From Octopus sinensis (taxonomy: Eukaryota): a stretch of DNA of 64,000 bases. The notes beneath the pieces are model-generated. The model was not told the origin of the DNA. It searched no databases and was given only the letters and a program-made list of their open reading frames with translations. Positions 52,101 to 64,000 of the stretch are shown here, in pieces (position 1 is the stretch's first letter; each line of letters opens with the position of its first letter). The position numbers and the translations under genes are program-made. The stretch lies in the NCBI RefSeq assembly GCF_006345805.1, contig NC_043001.1:79298001-79362000 (forward strand), written 5' to 3'.

Positions 52101-52260
52101 GGAGTAAACACATAAATGTGAAACAAGGTGGAAAAAAGAGTACTCAAATACCAGTGGTAGAGTAATATGCTTTATTTTAAGCAGCAGAAAATTCAACAAA
52201 ATCTGTTACTCTGAGTTTCTCGTTGCCGTTCATCAGACAGTTTTTGCTAGAATGGAACTG
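52098..52260 (-). mobile_element. PLE-type terminus with an HHR (52200-52242), AATAAA and a (TA)n end
   Basis: Minus: AACTGT-CTGATGAA-CGGCAACGA-GAAA-CTCAGAG-TA|ACAG(A)TT. Confidence 0.7.
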
Positions 52261-52999
52261 ATATATCAATTCAATCTATACTCTTACAAACGCTACACCT
52301 TTAAAAAGAAATAGACTTGTTTGATTGGCCCTTTAGAAAAAACGGTCAATCTTCGAGCGATAAACAAAAAGGTCAAAAATATATGTATATATATTTAAAA
52401 AAAAAAAAACTTATAAAAATTATAAAATCCGAGGAAAAAACCTATTGACGTTAATGAAGACAGTGCAAATTAATGCATAGAAATTAAACCTGTTATAAAT
52501 ACTGCAATACATATTTAAATTAAAATCTACATATATATATCAACATACACAAAAGGATGCGCGTAAACGCTATACATACATATACAGACGTATGAATATG
52601 AATCTAGATATACACATAAAAGCATGTGTACATATATTCACGCAAACCGTCTCGCACGCAAGCTAAAATTCATCTATGTAGCAATTCTCATATACTGAGC
52701 AAGGAGGGGGAACGAAAGAAAGGGAAAGAGAGAAAAAGGAACGAAGGAGGGGTGGGGAAAATAACTTATGTATACAAGTAGTGTAACGATGTTATTGGCA
52801 TCTATAGAGACCAGTATACATACACAAGTTTGAATGGATACATATACATACCGTCGTGTATATGTGTGCTTAAGCACAAACATACTTTCACTTACACATA
52901 CACAGATACGCATGCTTACAAATACATATGCTTTGCTATACACATACTTATATAAACATTCTAATTTTGACAACATTGCTTTTTTTAAAAAACATTGCT

Positions 53000-53686
53000 T
53001 TTAAAAATGGGTGCATTAATAAAAATATATACGAAAGACATATAAAATAAAATATAACATCCTATTTTGGGTCATTTATAAATAATCAAGGTAATATAAA
53101 TAATCAAGGTAATCCTATGCAATACAATAACATGAAAACAAAGTTTGTAGGTTTTTCCTAATGTATATGTAGAAACATAGGACTTTGCTATACGGATTAA
53201 GATCCGCATAGCTTGGAAACAAAATCGAAATCCATCTTAGCGCTCAAGAGTCAAAATCAAAATCAAAAATCAAAAATACAAAATATATACTCTATCCATA
53301 TGGTATATTTATATTCGACATTTTAAATTTAGCCGCGTGCCGACATAAGTTCATTAACTCACTTCTTTGATTCAAAGAATTATTGTCTTTGAATAAGATG
53401 TACATTTTTTCTAATAGACAAAGTCTGCACTTGAAATTATTTTTGTAAGCTCCATGCCTGTATGGTGCCGCCCTGTCCAGAATGCTCCATGTCACGTTGA
53501 AAGGTGGGGCTTCCTTTTCTTTTAGTTCCCAGACATATTTTGCTAGGCTGGTTTTCTTCCTATTCTCTGGGTATTTAAATGAATTTTTATGAGAATAAAA
53601 TCTTGTTTTAAATGAATTTTCTGAAGCCCCTGTGTATGTCTTGTATTCCGATGAGCCTTCCACTTGCACCTTGGCTCTATAAACTA
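53000..53686 (-). mobile_element. 5'-truncated Penelope-like element 1 (GIY-YIG C-terminal ORF to 53292)
   Basis: VYRAKVQVEGSSEYKTYTGASE..CRLCLLEK..LNQRSELMNLCRH. Confidence 0.88.
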
Positions 53687-53737
53687 TAAATGTCTAGTGA
53701 AAGGAGTAGTTTATAGAGCCAAGGTGCAAGTGGAAGG

Positions 53738-55169
<1,432 letters not shown>

Positions 55170-55639
55170 CACCCTTTTTGTCTGCTTACGAGAATATTTC
55201 CCTCTGACAAAATGTAATGAAAGGCCTTGTTACGGGTTCGAATATGTCCCAAATATATTTGAACAGATAGCATGTTTATCTTTATATGTATCCCAGCTCA
55301 GCGTTTCCAGTCCGTGACTTTTACTTTTAAGATATTATGATGCGGCTTCAGGAAGATTTGGCTGATATTTGAAGTATATTCATGCATCGTATAAAATGTC
55401 CCGCGCTATATTGTATATGTAAAAGTTGATAAATGCTTCTGATATTAGATACGTTAAGTATAGAGCTGAAGGATTAAGCTTGAATATGTAAACTGCAATT
55501 GCTCTGATTTCTATTTTCGTTGTTCAGTGTATAACTGAAACTATGTGAACTGTATTCGTTCAAATGTCAGAAGCTATATTTTTTGTCAATGATACACAGC
55601 CTTACTTGATTTTATGAAGTGTGCTTACTTCGGTTACTC

Positions 55640-56225
55640 AACAGAATGTAGGCGGAATAAAAGAGAAAATAAAGAGGAATAAGTAGGAGGTGGTTTGGAG
55701 ATAAAAGAGGAGAAAGTGAGAGAGAGAGAGGAAGGGGGAAGAAGTAGAAGAAGGAAAATAAGTAGGATGAAGAGGAAGGAGAAGAATGAAAAGGAAGAAG
55801 AAAAAGAAGAAAGAAGAGATTGGAGGAGGAGAAGACGACGATGAAGGAAATGAAGAAAGACGGAAAGAAATAAAAAAAGAGATGAACGGAAAAGAGAAAA
55901 ATAAGTAAAAGAAGGATGAGGATGAAGATGAGAACAAAAGAAAACAGAAAAGAAAGAAGGAAGGAAAGTAAAATGGATGAAGAGAAAAGGAAGTTATAAT
56001 AGGATGAGGATGAAGAAAAAAGTGGTGGAGGAGGAGGAGGTTAAGAAGAAGAAGAACAACAACAGAAGAAGAAGAAGAAGAAGAAGAAGAGCAAGAAGAA
56101 GATTAAGAAGAGCAAGAAGAAGAAGAAGAAGAGCAAGAAGAAGAAGAAGAAGAAGAGAAGAAGAAGAAGAAGAAGAAGAGAAGAAGAAGAAGAAGAAGAG
56201 AAGAAAGAAGAAGAAGAAGAAGGTT
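55640..56225. repeat. Purine-rich (GAA)n/(GA)n tract
   Basis: Directly visible. Confidence 0.9.
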
Positions 56226-56734
56226 GGTTAAGAGTCAAGACTGGAAGGAGAAGTTCAGCGTAAAGAATGAGATGATGCATAAGGGTAGAAATAGTAACCA
56301 GAACGACAAGGACAACAGACAGCATAATTTGATTTCCATCATCTTGTGTTCCTCTATAAAAGTCAATATGAATTACTATCATGGCAGCTCCAAGGAATTG
56401 CCAAATAATACAACATACTATAAGAGATATGTGTGTTGGTGAAGATTTTGAATTGTGCCAAGTTAAACTGTATGTAAAATCATAGATTTATTAGCATGAT
56501 TTGTTCGTTCTTTGATGGATATAGTTGAGTTTTAAGGTCCGACGCTCTGCTATTTCATCCAAATAGAAGATAAATCTTCATCATTTCATATGAAGCTTTA
56601 ACAAAACTACATCCACAGATGTTTCTATTACTCCCATTTTAGATAGCTAGGTGAACCGGGACGAATGGAATTTCCGTGTATCACCTATATATCAGTTTGT
56701 AATAAAGCGAATGAAGCACTCTTGGGCTCTTCGT

Positions 56735-57070
56735 TTTCGTTTATTCTATGTTCCCGTTAAATTTTGAATGTGAGAAATAGATTGATAACGAAATGCACCC
56801 ACGGTTTCGTTTCTATTACATTCCGTCAAATATTGAATGTAAGAAATAGATTGCTAACAAAATGTATCCACAGTTTCGTTTGTGTTACATTAAATCAAAT
56901 TTTGAATAAGTGAACTAGTTTGCTAACGAAAGCATCCCACGTTTTTGTTTGTGTTACATTCCGTTAAACTTTGAGTGTGAAAGAGATTGCTAACGAATGG
57001 TATCTTATTTTGAGTTTGTGTTACATTCCGTCAAAATTTGAATGAGAAAAATAGGTTGCGGATGAAAGGT
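56735..57070. repeat. Degenerate ~69 bp minisatellite, 5 units
   Basis: Units start at ~56735, 56805, 56874, 56942, 57009 (TTTCGTTT..TTACATTCCGTCAAA..TTGAATG..AGATTGCTAAC). Confidence 0.85.
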
Positions 57071-57369
57071 ACTATATAAGTAAATCATAAGGTGAAATGG
57101 TCCAAAGTAGAAACAGTATGGTAGTTGCCTATATCCAATAATTCGCAACAGTGCTGCTGTGCAAAACATTGCCGATTTCTCCTCAGTTATTGTTCTTTCA
57201 CTTCATAACATTAACTCCTAGCCACCGAGTAAATTAATTCCATCTCAACAAACGTAAAACAAATCAACTATGAAGCGTCTATGTGGTCGTTTTGCCTGCT
57301 AAAATAGTAATCGATTTTCCTTCAGATCACACCCTACTGTTTTACATCAAGGACATTAAATAATTGTTT

Positions 57370-57570
57370 CATATTTTAGCACAAGGTCATCAATTTCGGG
57401 TGAGGAGTAAATCGATTACATCGACCGTAGTGCTGAATCGGTACTTAATTTATCGACCTCGAAAGAATAAATGGCAAAGTCGAGATCGGAAGCATTTGAA
57501 ATCAGGACATGGCGCTAAGCATCTTGCCGGCATGCTTAAGATTCTGCCAGTTCACAGGCTTAGCAACGCA
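57370..57570 (-). mobile_element. SINE family A
   Basis: GGTACTTAATTTATCGACCTCGAAAG. Confidence 0.75.
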
Positions 57571-58229
57571 TTAAATAATAATGAACTATTTACTTTCCGA
57601 AATCCCCTAAATTGCCTGCTAGAATACTACTGACATTAAGTCTGGAGGTAGATTTTTCCGAGGGTACGGTATATCCACACTCTTACAATACACATCATAC
57701 TATATTACCTACTCGGTGTGTGCAGTAAGGAATTTCTCACTTTGCATAGAGAGAACAGTAGATATGTATGTCAAGGCGGTTAGATTTGAGGCTACAAAAT
57801 AACAACAACAATAACAACAAAACACCAGCTATGTCTGTCGGCATAGAAGAAATGCCATGCTAAAATATCTAACAACAATTATCAGTTCTTATTGGAAATG
57901 GATATGTGTGATGGAAGAGGAGCATATCAAAGAAACTGGCAGATATTTTGATTTTATCAAAAGGAAATGATAAAGCTTATCTCTTTCAAACGTCATATTT
58001 CTTCTGTTCACATACCACCCAGTAAAAGGAAAGTTACGGAAAATTTGTTACCAAATGGGTGAGTAATGTTCACAATGATTTCGTTTGAATTGTGGATTTG
58101 TATCATATATAATTGCAAGTTCTTGCTGTATTAACACTTGCTAGAAAACTGAAGTCACGAATCTATTATTTGACAATATTACTTTCACATATTTCCAAAA
58201 CATTCAGCAGTATGCATAAAAATGATAAT

Positions 58230-58437
58230 GGGTTCAAATTTTGCCTCACGGGCAGCCATTTTGGAGGACGGTATGAGTCAACCGAGAAAGGATGAAAGGC
58301 AAAGTCAACCTCGTTGGAATTTTAAATCAGCACGTAGAGATGGACGAAAACTAGCTAAGCATTTTGTTCGGCACAGTAACGATTCTGCCTTAATAACAAT
58401 AATAATCCTTTCTACAATAGGCACAAGGCCTGGAATT
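58230..58437 (-). mobile_element. SINE family A fragments
   Basis: GAAAGGATGAAAGGCAAAGTCAACCTCG; AGGCACAAGGCC. Confidence 0.7.
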
Positions 58438-58779
58438 TAATATACGACTTATTCTGCCCTCCAGTGTGTCTTATTCTCTAGACGTAATTCTAATTTTTTT
58501 CACTACGATTTCTTCGTCCTTGTTTTGAGTGTGCATGCATGTATGAACGCACACACACGCATACATACATACATACATACATACATACATGGTGGCTGCC
58601 CCCTCGTTATCGAGTATGGCCATTGCATGAAACTTAATCAATGTTGTTATCGCGCAATCCCTGTGCCAGAAGATTTTTTTAAAGGGAGGAAAGGTTGTGC
58701 ACAGAGTCAATCCCACTTACTAAGCAACATCAGCCATAATCCAAAAAGAAGAACAAGTCAACAACATCGGTAACCACTG

Positions 58780-59135
58780 AGCCGCAGGTTTTATGTCGGA
58801 GTTATCCCATTTACCTGAGTTACCTCCTCCTAGAAGGATGCCCTAACAAAGTCTAAAGTCCTTCACTCCCAATGGTTTAACCGTGCGATTGGGTATTCAA
58901 TCCGGTTATTTCTATGTCCGCACGCATGATACAGCCTTAAGACATTTATTGGGTGGCCGTTTATTCTCAAGAGTTCCTCCACCCTTTGAAGGGTTTTGTT
59001 TTTCATCCCGCAGGGTGTCCAATAAACACCCTCCTCACCAAGCAAACTTGGTGGGGTTGCCGGTTTAGTCACCGACGACCCGAACATGCAACATGTTGTA
59101 CTGGGTTACATGTTACCAGTAGCACTCGAAAGTGA
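58780..59135 (-). mobile_element. Probable RTE-type LINE 5' untranslated fragment
   Basis: GC-richer non-coding block (..TTGGTGAGGAGGGTGTTTATTGGACACCC..CATCCTTCTAGGAGGAGGTAACTC); assigned from recalled resemblance only. Confidence 0.3.
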
Positions 59136-59174
59136 CCTGACATACATATATACATACATACATACACATACATG

Positions 59175-59258
<84 letters not shown>

Positions 59259-59344
59259 AACGAAAGCATATGGAGGGACCAGAGCGAGAGGAAAATAGTG
59301 AACGTTGGGTGAAATAATTTCTTTGGAAAGAGAAAAGATACAAG

Positions 59345-59396
<52 letters not shown>

Positions 59397-59441
59397 TATT
59401 ATATTTCTGTCTTTTCAAAAAAAATATTTCTCCCACCATTT

Positions 59442-59473
<32 letters not shown>

Positions 59474-59489
59474 ATATATAATATATGTA

Positions 59490-60118
59490 TATGCGACTCT
59501 GTATTGTTCTCTCTCTCTCTCCTTTCGTTTCCTCATTCTTTCATTTTATATTCCCTTCACCCCCTTTCATTTTTTCTCTCTCATACTTTCTCTAAATCTT
59601 TTCCTCTCCCCTTCATTGATCTCTGACTGTCCCTCTCTTTTTCCCACTCTTTCTCCTTTACTCTCTCGTTGATCACACGGCCATCTTCCTTTTCCTAACT
59701 TGAGCTTCTTTCTTTCCTTTTGATCTGCCACAGAGATCACAGACATTCTTCTCTGTCTTTTCTCCTATCTTTTCTCCTGTCAAACTTTGTTCCTCCAGCG
59801 TTCGCCATCTCACCTCGTTATGGCTTAGCAGCTCTTACTTTTTGTTTACACTGTCCTCATTTTGTTACCAACTTTGACCCTCAACAAATTTCCAAATTTT
59901 ATTTTGCTTTGCAGGAACAACAGTTTTCTCGAAGACTCATCTTGTCGTAATTGCTCGAAATTGTGGAGTAGATAAACAGCCGACAACTGATGAAGGGTTG
60001 TTCTTTATGTTACTTGTCTTGTTTTCCATTTGTTTCTCTCGTTGTCTGTAAAAAAAGCTTAGTATTCAATGTTTTTGTATTTCAAATTGTTTACGTTTTA
60101 TGACGTCCTGTACCTATA
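59490..60118 (+). mobile_element. Pyrimidine-rich PLE-like module with a type II-ordered HHR motif (59953-59997), ends GTCCTGTACC(TA)n
   Basis: GCTC-GAAA..GACAA-CTGATGA-AGGG; same architecture as 17245-17805 and 42051-42725. Confidence 0.5.
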
Positions 60119-60307
60119 TATGCATATGTATATGCATATATTTAAGTAAGTATGTGCATATATGTATGTATTTATGCGTATATATATGTTATTTATATTA
60201 TCATATGATTGCACGCTACGCACCCAATTCCAACTAAGTATATATATACATACATACATACATACACACATACATACATACATACATAAATACATACATA
60301 CATATAT

Positions 60308-60341
<34 letters not shown>

Positions 60342-60394
60342 ACAGAGAGAGCGAAAGAGAGCGAGAAGAGAAAAAGAAGTCATAGCAGACGCAT

Positions 60395-60773
60395 TCTTTT
60401 CTTTCATTCTTTCATCTTTCAGCTATCTGACCTCGGCCATGCTGGAGCAACGCCTTTAATCGAACTAATCGACCGAAGAACTTCTTCTTTGTACGCCTAG
60501 TATTTATTCCATTGGTTTTCTTTGCAGAACCGCTAAGTTACAGAGATGTAAATACTCCAAGATCGGTTGTCAAGTAATGGTGGTTGTGATGGGACAAACT
60601 CACACACAGATACACACATAGAATCACACACAAATATATTCAAGGTGCTTCTATCACTTTCCGTCTACCAAATCCACTCACAAGTCTTTGGTCGGTCCGA
60701 GGCAATAGCAGAAAACCCTTGCCCAATGTGTCACACAAGCTTTTTACCACACAACCACGCCTGGGCATATCTT
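60395..60773 (-). mobile_element. SINE family B (diverged)
   Basis: Homologous to 7285-7703. Confidence 0.85.
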
Positions 60774-60938
60774 TTGACATGTATTCCATCAATTACAGCA
60801 ATGCTGTATATTAAAAGGGGTTATTGAGAGTGAATTTAAACACTGAAAAAAAAAACGAGAGTAAAAGCAATACGATAGATGGCTGCAAGGATTAATAGAC
60901 GAATGGTGGTTTTATCACATAATATCGATGGAGAACTG

Positions 60939-60994
<56 letters not shown>

Positions 60995-61448
60995 GGTGGG
61001 GGGACAAAGAGTGAGAAAGAGATGGTGGTTCTACTGAGATGTTCCATACAATTTCTTCACAGAATCCAGCAAGAGACTTAAGCCTCCTTCATGATGCATC
61101 AGCTTCCATCATGTAAACAGATGTAAGATATCAGCAAAAGGAGCGATAGAAACTGATCTTCCTTATGAAGTTCCATAGCAGGACTTGATTCTCGATTATA
61201 AAAGGCACGTATCACAAAAGGAGAAAAATCTATTGTTTTTACTGTTACCTAGCATATTACGGGAGTTTTCAAGCTACAAATATATGTTCAATAACGTTGA
61301 CTCGACAACATAGATTCTAATTACATGTTTAACAGCATTTATTTTCAACCCTTTGTGTTTGGATTTCCATTCCAACTTGATTTGAAATGGCCTTCGAAAA
61401 GTAGGGCCCATTAAACTGAATGCGAAAATACATGGATTTATGAAAATT

Positions 61449-61500
<52 letters not shown>

Positions 61501-61739
61501 GCCTCCGAATTGAAAAGGTAAAATACCAATCAAAAACTATGGTCGATAGTATCGATTAGCCTGTTTTTGCCAGCATTTGAAACCATTATTATTGTTGATG
61601 TTTTGAAACATCGATATCATTTTCCTTGTTTTATCTACAATTTTTTTTCTTCATTTCTATTCTTTTCTTCTTCTTTTCCCTATTCTTCTTTTCCTCATCC
61701 TTCTAATTTTACAGCTACTGTTGCGATTACTACTTTTAC

Positions 61740-61762
61740 AAATATTGTTGCAACTACTACAG

Positions 61763-61820
<58 letters not shown>

Positions 61821-62680
61821 CACTACTACCACCACCACCACCACCACCACGACTACTAATACCACCATCACCACGACTACTACTACCACCACCATCATCC
61901 GACCACGACATCTAATACAGCAACTCTTAACATTTCTCTTACTCCTACCACTACAACAACCACAACAAAAAATGGCAACTACTACTCCTAATACTTCTAC
62001 TACTACCAGTACTACTACTACTACAACTACTACTACCACCACTACTACTATTACTACTACTACAAATTCGTATTCAATCTGCTCTACCTGTCATCCTCCG
62101 GCAGCAACAACAAACACCATTGGGACCACCTCCAGAAGAAGCACTACTACCGCCACCATCACCCTCAACCACAACCACCACCACTGACACCGAAACCACT
62201 ACCAAGAACAACAACAAAATCAACAAAACCGCCAACGACAAACAACCACTCCACCACCAATACCACTCACCCCACCATCGCTACAACCACCAATACCAGC
62301 ACCACTACCACTACCACCAACACCATACCCCTGACACCACTACAACCAACGGCACAATCACTAACACCAACACCACTATCACCATCACCACAATCACTAA
62401 TACCACCCCACTACCAAAAATACTACTACTACTACAACCAACACTACTAACACTGTTACAACTACTAATACCACTACTATCATTATCGCCATCACCACCA
62501 GCACCATCACCACAACCACCACCACAACCAAACCACTACAACTACCAAACCACTACAACTACCAGCAAAGCAATACCATCACTAACATCACTGTCACTAC
62601 AAAAACCACTATCTCCACCAACACTACCGTCACCACCACCATAACCACCACCACAACCATCACCACCGCCACCACCATAT
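61740..62680. repeat. CTA/CCA/ACA trinucleotide low-complexity tract
   Basis: Directly visible. Confidence 0.9.
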
Positions 62681-63264
62681 CATACCAACCAAACCGAAAA
62701 CCAGCGCAGACTTCCAATGCTGGCGCCACACCACATCCATACAACTGTCCGAATGAAACATTCGCGGCCGATCGTGTGCAATATGCATGGACTATCTCTA
62801 CCTAAACCCCATCTCTTCCTCGCTCTTTGTTACTCACCTTCTCTCTATTGTGCTCATTTTCTTCCTCTCTCTCTTCCTCCGCAATTCTCTGTCTCTGTTT
62901 TGTGTGACACCTAACTAGATAAAACCGACATCCATCTATTCATCCATGCATCCAACGTATTGTCTTTCTTCTTTCCTTTAGTTCCATTCTTCTAGCCTTT
63001 CTACTTTATTTATATATTTGTTATCTCTCCTGCAATGAGTAGAAGTCAATGATTCAATGATTTGTTTTATTTTGATTGATATCTCTAAGTTCAAGTTTAC
63101 AAAGTCTCCAGCGCCAGTAAGTATCCCCACAAGATGGAAGACACGTTGAAGAGAAACAGATTCGGCCGCCATCACAGATCAATCATCATAGCTTGCCTTA
63201 CTTGAACCGAGAGCGGAATTAAAAATTGCTCCGGTTAACCGTAAGATTCCGACCGCGGTGAAGA

Positions 63265-63377
63265 TATGTATATGTATGAACATATATATTTGTGTGCGTA
63301 TATACTCACATACATACATACATATATATAATATATGTATATATTTGTATGTATGTATGTATATATATATATATATA

Positions 63378-63416
<39 letters not shown>

Positions 63417-63557
63417 ATATATATATAGATATATATATATGTGTGTGTGTATATATATATATATATGTATATATGTCTGTATGTATGTTTATATGAATAT
63501 ATATGTATGTTTATATATATATATGGATATGTATGTATATATTTGTATGTATGTATG

Positions 63558-63626
<69 letters not shown>

Positions 63627-64000
63627 AATATATGTATGAATATATATGCATATATAGATATGTGTGTGTGTTATACATACATATCCATACGTATATATAC
63701 GTGCTTCTGTGTGTCTGCATAGGTACACATATATATATATATGCGCGCGGGCGCACACACACACACATATATATATATAATATATATATACACATACACA
63801 CACATGCACATCACATACACCTAGAATTGATGGTGTCGCTTGTTAACAGTGAGGTTAGGCACAAACATGCCAGACACAAGAACATCAATTGTTTTATATA
63901 TCTATCTTTCTATCTATCTATCGATCTGTCTATTCCTCTATTTATCTACCTATCTCTGTATTTGTCTATCAATCTATCTATATATCTATCCTGGTCTGTG
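63265..64000. repeat. (TA)/(TG)/(TCTA) microsatellite region
   Basis: Directly visible. Confidence 0.9.

Noticed and set aside
55638-56382. Arg/Lys/Glu-rich ORFs
   Set aside because: (GAA)n tract artefact
56735-57070. CRISPR-like array or C2H2 zinc-finger repeat
   Set aside because: Contiguous degenerate units with no unique spacers, no cas genes, eukaryotic context; the period is not 84 bp and there is no C/H pattern
61030-61200. Possible L2-type LINE 3' relic on the minus strand
   Set aside because: Only fragmentary motif resemblance
61567-62744. Thr/Pro-rich mucin-like ORFs (206 and 174 aa)
   Set aside because: Pure CTA/CCA/ACA triplet low complexity, open in several frames, with no splice or signal context; a mirror tract occurs at 40020-40500

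Overview
This is eukaryotic, very AT-rich, repeat-saturated DNA. The tRNA-headed SINE families and dense (TA)n/(AAT)n/(GATA)n microsatellites point to an Octopus (coleoid cephalopod) genome (inference), and there is one 100-N scaffold gap. I found no intact host gene, and most ORFs in the supplied track are microsatellite translations. The window is a graveyard of mobile elements: several SINE families; R4/Dong-like, Tx1/L1-like, RTE and L2/CR1 LINE fragments; mariner, maT/Tc1 and Merlin DNA-transposon remnants; and many Penelope-like element (PLE) pieces. The strongest signal is about 15 hammerhead-ribozyme (HHR) motifs from several unrelated families. Most sit in PLE-type 3' termini that end at (TA)n tracts. 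They include a canonical type I HHR downstream of a GIY-YIG ORF, minimal dimer-type HHRs, and a three-copy family in type II (GAAA-first) order. Other notable structures are two different GIY-YIG PLEs fused head-to-head through a perfect 31-bp hairpin, a chain of R4-like LINEs nested in (AAT)n, and two LINE-like inserts inside a single SINE head (one with a 16-bp target-site duplication, TSD). All calls are by eye; no searches or folding programs were run.
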